From Planctomycetota bacterium (GTDB lineage Bacteria; Planctomycetota; Brocadiia; Brocadiales; Bathyanammoxibiaceae), in NCBI GenBank assembly GCA_016209685.1, contig JACQVQ010000005.1:24655-88654 (forward strand): a stretch of 64,000 bases of DNA. The letters run 5' to 3'. Positions 50,295-58,855 of the stretch are shown here, piece after piece (position 1 is the stretch's first letter; each line of letters opens with the position of its first letter). A program made the translations under genes and the position numbers. The notes under the pieces are model-generated. The model had not been told where the DNA came from and made no database searches. It saw nothing but the letters and a program-made list of their open reading frames with translations.

Positions 50295-51053
50295 CTAGGT
50301 TAGCTGCCCCACGATCCGTCTAGGCTTATTCCTAAATTTGCCCCGCTCCCAGACATATATCTCTAAAAATAATAAGAAGATTGTCTTTGCAACGACAATG
50401 CTGTTGAACACGGTTATCGCCTTTGAAGAACCATGCTTGCGCTCCTCCAGGGGGATGCCAACCTCTATGAAACTGTGTCCCATCTTCAACATCCTTATCA
50501 AATTGGAGGCAAGATAAGCAAAACCACCCGTTGTCACGGGTATTCTTTGGACCGCCGTACACCTGTAAACGAAAGGGCCGTTGTAATACTTCATGTCCAA
50601 CCCAAAGATGAGATTAAGGGCTGTGGTGTATAAACGAGAGACTATCTGCCTGTGGAATGGGCGAATCTCCTGGTTGGTGAAATAGGAGACCACTATGTCG
50701 GCGGGCCCAGTATGTTTAAACAACTGTTCAATAGAACCAGCCGGTATCTCATTGTCCCCGGGAACCATAGTAACATACTCATGTCTTGCCCGCTCTATAC
50801 CCGCACGGATGTTATATCCGAACCCCATGGTCCTGGGATTGTGTATGACCTTTACGTTACTGTCCTTTGTTGCGAGAGTCTCAGCAATCCTCCCGGTGGT
50901 ATCTGCACTGCCATCATTGAATATCAGGATCTCATACGCACTGAACCTCTGGTCCATCGCCTGATAGACAGCTCTCACCGTATTTTCCAGATTTCCTTCT
51001 TCGTTGAGGGCAGGGATGACGACGGACAAGGAGGGCTTTTTATCCTTGCCCAT
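50295..51053 (-). CDS. Family-2 glycosyltransferase (polyprenyl-phosphate sugar transferase-like)
   Basis: 252 aa. LSVVIPALNEEGNL and IFNDGSADTT (DxD region). One C-terminal hydrophobic segment. Confidence 0.8.
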   Translation of the reverse strand: MGKDKKPSLSVVIPALNEEGNLENTVRAVYQAMDQRFSAYEILIFNDGSADTTGRIAETLATKDSNVKVIHNPRTMGFGYNIRAGIERARHEYVTMVPGDNEIPAGSIEQLFKHTGPADIVVSYFTNQEIRPFHRQIVSRLYTTALNLIFGLDMKYYNGPFVYRCTAVQRIPVTTGGFAYLASNLIRMLKMGHSFIEVGIPLEERKHGSSKAITVFNSIVVAKTIFLLFLEIYVWERGKFRNKPRRIVGQLT

Positions 51054-51054
51054 A

Positions 51055-52044
51055 CTAGTAAACGTCCTTTAACAGTTCGTCCTCGTCGGGAAATGGGCTT
51101 TCTTTTGCAAATCTAACTGCCTCCTCCATCTCTTCACTGACCTCTTTTGCAATAGTGCTCACGTCTTTCTGGGATAAGATGCCGTTTTCTAGTAGCACCT
51201 TTTCGTAGATGCTGACTGGACATCTAGCCATCCATTTCTCCAGTTCCTCCTTACTGCGGTACCCCAAATCATAGTCGTAATACGGTCCTACGTGCTCCCT
51301 CCAGCGATACGTCTTGCATTCTATAAGGAACGGGCCTTGCCCGCGGCGACAGCGGTCTACGGCCTCTTTTGCTGCCTGGTAGACTGCAAGCAGGTCGTTT
51401 CCATCCACGCATACGCCCGGTACACGGTGGCTCTCCCCGCGTTCAAATATATTGTCTGCGGGCTGGCGTGATAATAAATGTGCGTGCGTGGCATAAAGGT
51501 TGTTTTCACACACAAAGATTACCGGCAAGTTTTTGAGTGAGGCGAAGTTGAGTGTCTCGTGAAAGGTACCCTCTTCTACCCCGGCATCACCAAAAAAGGC
51601 AACCGACACCCGGTCTGAACCCTGCATTACCGACGCCAGGGCCGTGCCCGTGGCAATGGGGATGGTACCTGCCACGATAGACGAGGCACCCATAAATCCC
51701 ACATCAGGCGCTACCAGGTGCATAGAGCCACCCACACCCCCGGCACACCCGGTCTTTTTACCGTACAATTCTGCTACCAGGCGTCTCAGCTCGCCGCCCT
51801 TGGCTAGATAGTGGGCGTGACAGCGATGGAAACTGAAGACATAATCATCCTTACGGAGGTTGGCACATACCCCTACGGCTACGGCCTCCTGCCCTATTGA
51901 CAGATGGGTGGGGCATCGCATCTCTTGCTCAGGGTAGAGTTCCGCAATCCGTTCCCCCTCCTTACGAATTTTTACTATCATATAGTACATGTCCCGCAAG
52001 ACGTTGGCTGGGACGGATTTCAGGCTGGGGGTCTTTTTCTTCAT
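51055..52044 (-). CDS. TPP-dependent 2-oxoacid dehydrogenase E1 alpha-subunit-like protein (no beta subunit adjacent)
   Basis: 329 aa. FFGDAGVEEGTFHETLNFASLKNLPVIFVCENNLYA (TPP motif). 1-nt gap to the GT2 gene. Confidence 0.8.
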   Translation of the reverse strand: MKKKTPSLKSVPANVLRDMYYMIVKIRKEGERIAELYPEQEMRCPTHLSIGQEAVAVGVCANLRKDDYVFSFHRCHAHYLAKGGELRRLVAELYGKKTGCAGGVGGSMHLVAPDVGFMGASSIVAGTIPIATGTALASVMQGSDRVSVAFFGDAGVEEGTFHETLNFASLKNLPVIFVCENNLYATHAHLLSRQPADNIFERGESHRVPGVCVDGNDLLAVYQAAKEAVDRCRRGQGPFLIECKTYRWREHVGPYYDYDLGYRSKEELEKWMARCPVSIYEKVLLENGILSQKDVSTIAKEVSEEMEEAVRFAKESPFPDEDELLKDVY

Positions 52045-52062
52045 AGCTCGCTTATCAGTGAC

Positions 52063-53130
52063 CTAGATGAAGTTTACGTGCTCTGTGGGATTCTTCAGGT
52101 CCCACAGGTATCTGTTTATTTCGTCCAGACGACAGTTCTTCCTGCACGACGTAGTGTCCAGGCTTTTAGCTACCATCTCCAGGGACTTCCTCCTGCGTTC
52201 ACCCGTCCATATCTCCTCAAAGGTGTTTTCGTAAATATTTCCATAGAGGAACCTCTCGTCGCCCAGGTAGGCGCTACAGCCCCAGACATTGCCCCCGGCA
52301 TCTATATACACCCAGAAAGGAAGCGCCTGGCAGCGGTCATAATATCTGCCGTTTTCGTCCAGCTTTTTCATAGTGTACCCACGGAAGATTATCTTAAAAT
52401 TCTTGTCTTCGTACTTTTTGACCTCTCTCTCCATATCATAGTAGCCACCGTAACGTAAATCCTCATATCTCCTGCCATGGCTCATAGGATGTTGGGAGAA
52501 GGGCTTTATTACCAGATAGTCCAGCCCAATGTCTTTGGCCCTCCTGGCCAATATGGCCGGCTCGCTGGCATTTTCTTCAAGGAGGACCATTTGTGCCCCC
52601 AGTGTACAACTGTAACCCTCCCTTTTTTTGAGTTCTACCGCATAGGAAAGATTCTTCAGGACTCGTTCAAAGGCTGAGGGGCTAGCCCTGTGTATCTTTG
52701 CGTACGTCTCTTTGGTGCCGGCGTTTATGCTTGTCTTGATCCAGGTGGTATATCCTAATATTTGTTCTGCCAATGCCTTATGTAAGTTTACGCCGTTTGT
52801 GGTTATCGCCACATCTATACCGGCCTTCTTTGTGCCCACAACGATGTCGCCAATCTGTTTATGGATTAGCGGTTCTCCCTCTCCGGCGTACATGACACTT
52901 TTGAGCCCCAGCTTGGCCATTTCGGACAACCTTTTTAGTAAGACGTCTTTGTCCTGGGACTTGTTTTCGTAACCCATGTAATCAAGGGCGCAAAAGGTGC
53001 ATCTTTGATTGCACTGGCCTGTAGCCGCAATCTCGGCGTATATGGGGTAGATGAGCTTTCCATCCAGCCAGTCCTTGACCCTTGAAACATGATAAAACAA
53101 CTTGTGGCTGTCTATTCTGTATCTATCCAT
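52063..53130 (-). CDS. Radical SAM / SPASM-like protein in the sugar cassette
   Basis: 355 aa. GQCNQRCTFC (CX3CX2C). C-terminal Cys-rich region CQALPFWVYIDAGGNVWGC ... CRKNC. Confidence 0.8.
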   Translation of the reverse strand: MDRYRIDSHKLFYHVSRVKDWLDGKLIYPIYAEIAATGQCNQRCTFCALDYMGYENKSQDKDVLLKRLSEMAKLGLKSVMYAGEGEPLIHKQIGDIVVGTKKAGIDVAITTNGVNLHKALAEQILGYTTWIKTSINAGTKETYAKIHRASPSAFERVLKNLSYAVELKKREGYSCTLGAQMVLLEENASEPAILARRAKDIGLDYLVIKPFSQHPMSHGRRYEDLRYGGYYDMEREVKKYEDKNFKIIFRGYTMKKLDENGRYYDRCQALPFWVYIDAGGNVWGCSAYLGDERFLYGNIYENTFEEIWTGERRRKSLEMVAKSLDTTSCRKNCRLDEINRYLWDLKNPTEHVNFI

Positions 53131-53308
53131 TCAAATAACAGCTAACAGCAGTCCCCTTTTAATGGCCTGTTTTGGTTCAAAATATTGAGAGTTAATAATA
53201 ATCGTTTTTGGAAAGGATTTCAATATTTTTCATTGATAATGAGACTTCTGCAAAATACTCAAAGGACATGCCAAGAAAAAAAGTACTCACTAACTCCGTA
53301 CTTTTCTC

Positions 53309-53923
53309 CTATCTCTCCTGGTATTGCCCTTTCTCAACCAGCATATCAACCATGCAGTGGCAGATAGTGAGGTGAGAGATCTCCACATGCCCGTAGGAGT
53401 TAGATGGGACAAAGAAATTGAGCCTGCCGCCTTTCCGCAGGGGATTATCGGCGGTGAACCCAGACATGGTAATAATCTCGCAGGCCTTATCCTTTGCGGC
53501 ACTGACCCCCCTTAAGATATTCTCTGAGCGGCCAGAACTGCTTATTGCAAAAAGGACATCGCCACTGTCGGCATGGAGTTCTATTGACTTCTCAAACACA
53601 TAGGGATAACCAATATCGTTACTGAGGCAGGTCAAGAGGGAGGCATCAGTAAAGGCAATGGCACGTATCCCCCCATTCTTACAAAAATCAGTCACCTGGT
53701 GGCTGGCTATGGAACTACTGCCCCCATTACCTATGAAGATTAGCTTCTTACCCAGGGCACTCTGTTTTTGGATTAAGTCTATAGCCTCCTGCATCCCCCG
53801 GGAGAACTCTAGAGGCGTACCTTTTGCATCTGTAACTTGAGTCTCCTTGAAAAGCGACCCAAGCTGGGAGAAATACCGGGTTATGTCCTCTGCCGATGTC
53901 CTTTTCTTACTCAAGGCCTTCAT
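53309..53923 (-). CDS. gmhA: SIS-domain sugar-phosphate isomerase (phosphoheptose isomerase-like)
   Basis: 204 aa. LIFIGNGGSSSIASH and FAISSSGRSENI motifs. Confidence 0.75.
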   Translation of the reverse strand: MKALSKKRTSAEDITRYFSQLGSLFKETQVTDAKGTPLEFSRGMQEAIDLIQKQSALGKKLIFIGNGGSSSIASHQVTDFCKNGGIRAIAFTDASLLTCLSNDIGYPYVFEKSIELHADSGDVLFAISSSGRSENILRGVSAAKDKACEIITMSGFTADNPLRKGGRLNFFVPSNSYGHVEISHLTICHCMVDMLVEKGQYQER

Positions 53924-55455
53924 TTAAGGAGGGTGGTGATGAATTTAAATAGCTGGACGGATTCTACTGGGGTCCTGTTACAAACCGTTGCCACCTTTAT
54001 TGCCCCAGCGACGTTACCCACGAAGCCCAGGATTTCTTTGTCCAAATCCCTGGCGGCACATGGGGCAGTCACTGCTAGATAGGCATCCCCTGCCCCAACC
54101 CTATCTACAACTTTGCTAGAGAAAATGGGTGTCTCACTAAATCCACTCCCCGGCTCATAGGCTACGGAGCCATAGTGCCCACGGGTAACCACAGCCCTCT
54201 TACACTTCATCCTGTTGACAACCTCTTCTGCCAATTCCTTCACCGGACTGAATCTATCAGCCATAGCAACACGTATCTCGTTTTCATCTATGCAGATATA
54301 ATCCGCCCTGGGATATTTGGTTATGGGATTAAAACCAAAATTCATGCTATTTGTCTGGGCGTTGACCGCTAAAAATTTGGACTTTCGGCACAAGAGTTCT
54401 ACTAGCTCCCCTCCGATGAATCCGTGCCCGTAGTCGGTTACCAGGACAAGGTCATAATCAGGGAGAGTAGACTCTAAGTAACCATATATCTGCTGGCTCA
54501 AATCACCAGGGAGGTCATGCCCACTAAGGTATGAGAGCTCAAACATCTTGGAAAGAAAGTCTGGGTCAACAAACCGTTTTTTTACTATCGTGTAGGCATT
54601 ATCCTGGTAGAAAAATTTTGGCCTCACGTTGGGCTTAAGGTGTTTAAGTATGAAGTCTTCCCTTGAATCCAGTGTGCCCAGGCAACTAACTAAATGCACA
54701 TCGTCGCATAATCCGGCAAGGTGGTTTGCAATGGCCAGCACACCTCCGGCAAAGGTCTCGGTGGAGACGTATCGGGTGGAGAGGATTGCCTCCTTCGGGG
54801 GCTTTCCCACTGCCTTGCAGTAGAGATACTCGTCTATAATGGTCTCTCCGACAACCAGCACCTTCAAGTCCCTAAGGCCTTTAAGCAGTTCAATAATCTC
54901 GGAGGCTGAGTGCCTCCGCTTAAACCCGTCCAGGAACTGCCGCACCTCATCGGTGAATACGTTAAAATGTTTATTCAGGAGTTCCGTAGAACTAAAGGTG
55001 ATTTCGTTAGTAAAGACTAGACGGCCTCCTACCCTTTGTATGGTCTCCTCTTCCTCAACAATTCCCCCCGTAAGGTCTTCCTCCGGGGCGGCGTACTCGC
55101 TCCCTTTTACGTATATATGGGGACGGAGAAGTTCTATGGTATTTACCGCCGTGGGCCATTTGTTTATCGCCACATAATCCACATGCTGGATGGCCCCCAG
55201 GGTTTCGGCCCTTAGGTGCTGATTAAAGACTGGCCTACCAGGGCCCTTACCCACGTAAATATCCGGGGTTAAAGTAACCACAAGGACGTCGCCTTGTTCC
55301 TTTGCCGCCGCCAGATGGTGGATGTGCCCGGGGTGAAGCAAGTCAAAGACCCCATGGCAGTGCACAACGGTCTTCCCCTTCTCCTTTAGACCTTTTATAA
55401 TCTCAGCAAGTTCTTCCAGAGACTTGACCTTCTTGTGAAAGTCACGCACCTTCAT
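53920..55455 (-). CDS. Bifunctional nucleotidyltransferase + PfkB sugar kinase (HldE-like, but with domain order reversed)
   Basis: 511 aa. N-terminal HCHGVFDLLHPGHIHHL (HxGH cytidylyl/adenylyltransferase). C-terminal PfkB kinase (VVDRVGAGDAYLA). Confidence 0.8.
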   Translation of the reverse strand: MKVRDFHKKVKSLEELAEIIKGLKEKGKTVVHCHGVFDLLHPGHIHHLAAAKEQGDVLVVTLTPDIYVGKGPGRPVFNQHLRAETLGAIQHVDYVAINKWPTAVNTIELLRPHIYVKGSEYAAPEEDLTGGIVEEEETIQRVGGRLVFTNEITFSSTELLNKHFNVFTDEVRQFLDGFKRRHSASEIIELLKGLRDLKVLVVGETIIDEYLYCKAVGKPPKEAILSTRYVSTETFAGGVLAIANHLAGLCDDVHLVSCLGTLDSREDFILKHLKPNVRPKFFYQDNAYTIVKKRFVDPDFLSKMFELSYLSGHDLPGDLSQQIYGYLESTLPDYDLVLVTDYGHGFIGGELVELLCRKSKFLAVNAQTNSMNFGFNPITKYPRADYICIDENEIRVAMADRFSPVKELAEEVVNRMKCKRAVVTRGHYGSVAYEPGSGFSETPIFSSKVVDRVGAGDAYLAVTAPCAARDLDKEILGFVGNVAGAIKVATVCNRTPVESVQLFKFITTLLK

Positions 55456-55476
55456 ATACGCAATGCCTCCCGACCT

Positions 55477-55493
55477 GTCCGCCTTAGGCGGAC
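55477..55493. repeat. gtccgccttaggcggac palindrome between the hldE-like gene and the epimerase
   Basis: 7-bp arms. CCGCCTNAGGCGG family. Confidence 0.9.
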
Positions 55494-55494
55494 T

Positions 55495-56481
55495 CTATTT
55501 GGAAAGGTATTCAAACCACTCCCTCGTTGCCTCAGAGATAGTCTCAGGCGTCCACACAGGTGCCTCACGCCAGTAATCTATATTCTCTAATAAAATCTTC
55601 ACGCCCCTTTCTAACGTTACCTTGGGGTTCCAACCCAATAAACTTTTTATCCTGGTAATATCCGCCTGGGTGCAGCGGGGTTCACCAGGGCGTTCCGGTA
55701 TATATACCACGTTACCACCCAGTAGTTCTACCAGGCAGTTAACACTATAGGCCTTGCCGTAACCTACATTCAAGACCAGCCCCGCATGTTCAGACCCTGC
55801 GGCCATGACTATGGCTTCCACCACATCTGTAACAAAGGTGAAATCCCTGGTCTGGTTGCCGTCACCTACCACAGTAAATGGCTTTCCTTTGAGCTTCTGG
55901 GCAAGAAATACCCCAAAGACCGCCCCATAAGTCCCAGAGGTCCTGGACCTGGGGCCATATACGTTAAAGAAACGGAGGGAGAGCACCGGGAGTTTATATA
56001 CCTTTCCCCAGTGCAATACGCACTCTTCCCCCAGGTACTTAGTAAGGGCATAGGGGTATTGAGGGCTTATGGGGGCCGTCTCGGGGGTTGGATATATATC
56101 AGGGATCCCGTAACAAGAAGAGGAGGCCGCATATACGAATCGCTTTACACCTGCCTGACGGGAGGCCTCAAGAACCGCCACCGTCCCGTCTAGATTTGAC
56201 CTATAATATTCCAGGGGGCGTACAATTGAAGGGACTATATCGGCCAGGGCTGCTAGATGAAATACCCAGTCTACCCCCTCAAAAAGTGGCTGAATTGCCT
56301 TCAGGAGGGCCACATCCCCCTCATGGACGGTTAGCCCCGGATGCCTCCCATGCTGTAAAAGATTCTGGCGACGGCCAGTAGAAAAATTATCCAGAACAAC
56401 CACTTCATGGCCGCCCCCTAGCAGCCTATCTACCAGGTGGCTGCCAATAAACCCTGCTCCGCCAGTAACCAGACACCTCAA
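55495..56481 (-). CDS. NAD-dependent nucleotide-sugar epimerase/dehydratase (extended SDR)
   Basis: 328 aa. TTG start. VTGGAGFIGSHLVDRL and YALTK catalytic motifs. Confidence 0.85.
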   Translation of the reverse strand: MRCLVTGGAGFIGSHLVDRLLGGGHEVVVLDNFSTGRRQNLLQHGRHPGLTVHEGDVALLKAIQPLFEGVDWVFHLAALADIVPSIVRPLEYYRSNLDGTVAVLEASRQAGVKRFVYAASSSCYGIPDIYPTPETAPISPQYPYALTKYLGEECVLHWGKVYKLPVLSLRFFNVYGPRSRTSGTYGAVFGVFLAQKLKGKPFTVVGDGNQTRDFTFVTDVVEAIVMAAGSEHAGLVLNVGYGKAYSVNCLVELLGGNVVYIPERPGEPRCTQADITRIKSLLGWNPKVTLERGVKILLENIDYWREAPVWTPETISEATREWFEYLSK

Positions 56482-56608
56482 ACAACAATTCTCCTATACA
56501 AAAATCTAACAAGCAAAAACAAGAATACATAATACTAACTCTATATTAGAATTTTTCAATAAAATTTTTCCAAGAACTTGTGGGGTATATGGACATGGGT
56601 TGCAATAG

Positions 56609-56895
56609 CCAGGGACTAGAATTAAGAATTCAGAAGTCAGAATTCAGCAGTAGGTTATGGACTATAGACTTTAGCCTATAGACTTTGGACTTTTTTTAGT
56701 CCGTAGTCCACAGTCTGTTTTTTAGTCCAAAGTCTTCAGTAATTAGTATTCTGAATTCTGACTACTGCATTCTTTATTCTTTCCCTACTCCCTACTCCTG
56801 AAAACATTGTAAATTGGAAATTTCAAAATTTCTAATTTACAACTTACAATTTCCAATTCTTTTCCCTCCCTACTCCCTCCCCCCTACTCCCTAAG
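56609..56895. repeat. About 290-bp nested array of four heptad-word families
   Basis: CAGAATT arms (56618-56653 / 56738-56782) enclose a TAGACTT/TGGACTA hairpin (56655-56737). This is followed by CCCTACT words, an ATTGGAA/ATTTACA hairpin (56805-56859), and CCCTACTCC words. Confidence 0.9.
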
Positions 56896-56947
56896 ACTGA
56901 CAACCCGTCCTTTCCAAAGGATTGTGTTTTTGTTATACTTCCCGACC

Positions 56948-57895
56948 ATGGCCGATAGATTCGCTTCGCTCACTACAAGGGTTGACCTATCCACAGAGCT
57001 TTGTGGTGTAAGGCTTCAAAACCCCACAGTCCTGGCCTCTGGCATCCTGGGCACAAGCAAAGGTCTGCTGAAGGGTGTAGCCCTGGCAGGTGCCGGGGCC
57101 GTAACGATAAAGTCCTTGAGCCTGGAACCCCTTCCCGGCCACAATAACCCCATAGTGGTAGGGTTTGAGGCCGGAATGCTTAATGCCGTGGGATACGCCA
57201 ACCCTGGCATCAAAGAAGGGGCTAAAGAGTTTAGCAACCTCAAAGAAGTGGGGGTGCCTGTAATTGCCAGCATAATAGGTAGAGGTGTGGGGGATTTTAT
57301 GAAGGTGCTGGAGGGGCTCTGGGGGCTGGACTTTGCCGCAGTAGAGGTGTCCCTCTCGTGCCCTCACACGCCCGGTTACGGGATGCTGGCAGGGCAGAAT
57401 ACCCCAGAGGCCACTAAAGAGATTGTCTCCGTTGTACGTAAAGGTACAGAACTACCCCTCCTGGTGAAGCTCTCCCCCAACATTCCAGAGATAGGTCGGG
57501 TGGCCAGGGCCGCAGAGGAGGCCGGGGCCGATGGCATCACGGCCGTTAATACCCTGGGCCCCGGTATGTTAATCAACATTGAGGCCCGCCAACCCATACT
57601 GGACTTCAAAGTGGGTGGCGTCTCAGGGCCAGCCCTCAGGCCCATTGCCCTCAGGTGTGTTTATGACATTTATAAGTCGGTAAAAATCCCTATCCTGGGG
57701 GTGGGGGGCATATCCACCGGGCGTCATGCCATAGAGATGCTCATGGCCGGCGCCTCTGCCGTAGGCATTGGCACTGCCGTCTATTCCCGAGGGATAGAGG
57801 TCTTTGGCAAGGTATGCCAGGAGATGGAGGAATGGATGGAGATCAACGGCTGTACCTCAGTAAAGGAGTTGATAGGGGCTGCCCATGCACCTTGA
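56948..57895 (+). CDS. pyrD: Dihydroorotate dehydrogenase, class 1B catalytic subunit
   Basis: LQNPTVLASG and the PyrD fold, followed by pyrK. The start is set at MADRFASLTT. Codons 3-10 are the reverse 22-mer repeat. Confidence 0.9.
   Translation: MADRFASLTTRVDLSTELCGVRLQNPTVLASGILGTSKGLLKGVALAGAGAVTIKSLSLEPLPGHNNPIVVGFEAGMLNAVGYANPGIKEGAKEFSNLKEVGVPVIASIIGRGVGDFMKVLEGLWGLDFAAVEVSLSCPHTPGYGMLAGQNTPEATKEIVSVVRKGTELPLLVKLSPNIPEIGRVARAAEEAGADGITAVNTLGPGMLINIEARQPILDFKVGGVSGPALRPIALRCVYDIYKSVKIPILGVGGISTGRHAIEMLMAGASAVGIGTAVYSRGIEVFGKVCQEMEEWMEINGCTSVKELIGAAHAP
56956..56977 (-). repeat. TGTAGTGAGCGAAGCGAATCTA 22-mer, copy 4 (reverse orientation, in the pyrD 5' end)
   Basis: tagattcgcttcgctcactaca, the exact reverse complement. 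Confidence 0.95.
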
Positions 57896-57902
57896 GCCGG
57901 TA

Positions 57903-58694
57903 ATGATGAAGATTGAGGAGGTAATCCTGGAATCCAACCTGGCCAGGAGTTTTATCTTCAAGACTTGTAGTGAGCGAAGCGAATCTAAATCCCTGGAATA
58001 CCAACCCGGACAGTTCATTATGCTCTGGATACCCAGGCTGGACGAAAAGCCCTTCAGTATCTCTTATCATGGCAAAGACTTCTTTGGCGTAACCGTTGCC
58101 CTCAAGGGCAGATTCACCCAGAGGCTGCACGAGATGAAGGTGGGTGAGTGGGTGGGCATCAGGGGGCCCTTCGGCACGGCCTTCAACCTGAACGTGGGAA
58201 AGGCATGTGTGGTAGGGGGCGGGGTGGGCATGGCCTCCCTGGCGGTACTCATTGAGAGGTTGGAGGATTCTGTGGTGGTGCAAGGGGCAAGGACGGCCTC
58301 GGAACTGCTTTACCGCAACCGCTTCAAGGACATGCTCCTCTGTACAGAGGACGGCTCTGCGGGGACGAAGGGTGTACCCACAGACCTGCTGGAAGATTTA
58401 TACAGACACTACAGATTTGACGCCATCTATACCTGCGGCCCGGAGGCCATGATGGTAAAGGTATCGGAATTCGCAAGGGAATACAACATCTGCATGCAGG
58501 CCTCCCTGGAGCGGTACATAAAATGTGCCGTGGGTGTGTGCGGACAGTGTTGTTGTAATGGACTGAGGTTGTGCGTAGAGGGGCCGGTGCTGGATGGCGG
58601 GACGCTAGAGAAACTGGAAGACTTCGGCAGATACGCCCGACGCGGAAACGGGCGCAGGGTACCTATTGGAACATATTTAGGTAAGAAAACTTAA
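57903..58694 (+). CDS. pyrK: Dihydroorotate dehydrogenase electron-transfer subunit
   Basis: FAD/NAD-binding domains (PGQFIMLWIP, VVGGGVGMA) and a C-terminal 2Fe-2S motif CAVGVCGQCC. ATG 57885 is an alternative start. The 22-mer is translated as TCSERSESK. Confidence 0.88.
   Translation: MMKIEEVILESNLARSFIFKTCSERSESKSLEYQPGQFIMLWIPRLDEKPFSISYHGKDFFGVTVALKGRFTQRLHEMKVGEWVGIRGPFGTAFNLNVGKACVVGGGVGMASLAVLIERLEDSVVVQGARTASELLYRNRFKDMLLCTEDGSAGTKGVPTDLLEDLYRHYRFDAIYTCGPEAMMVKVSEFAREYNICMQASLERYIKCAVGVCGQCCCNGLRLCVEGPVLDGGTLEKLEDFGRYARRGNGRRVPIGTYLGKKT
57966..57987 (+). repeat. TGTAGTGAGCGAAGCGAATCTA 22-mer, copy 5 (inside pyrK)
   Basis: Exact match. Forms an inverted pair with 56956-56977. Confidence 0.95.
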
Positions 58695-58731
58695 CCATCT
58701 TTAAATGCCCTACAATCCATCTAAAATCTTC

Positions 58732-58759
58732 TTGACAATATACCCCCATCACTTAAAAT
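58732..58759 (+). promoter_or_regulatory. Candidate sigma70 promoter for the ppiC-type gene
   Basis: TTGACA (58732-58737), 16-nt spacer, TAAAAT (58754-58759). Confidence 0.45.
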
Positions 58760-58855
58760 TGTCTTTTAGTGGCAGTCCCACATGTCAAATAATGCCATTC
58801 TAGCTAAAGGATACGGATATTATTTTTGTGTTTTCTATACAGAAAGGAATTCCTC

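Noticed and set aside
56609-56895. CRISPR array interpretation of the repeat-dense spacers
   Set aside because: The units are 7 nt, degenerate and contiguous, with no unique spacers. The arrays are palindromic, and no cas genes are present.
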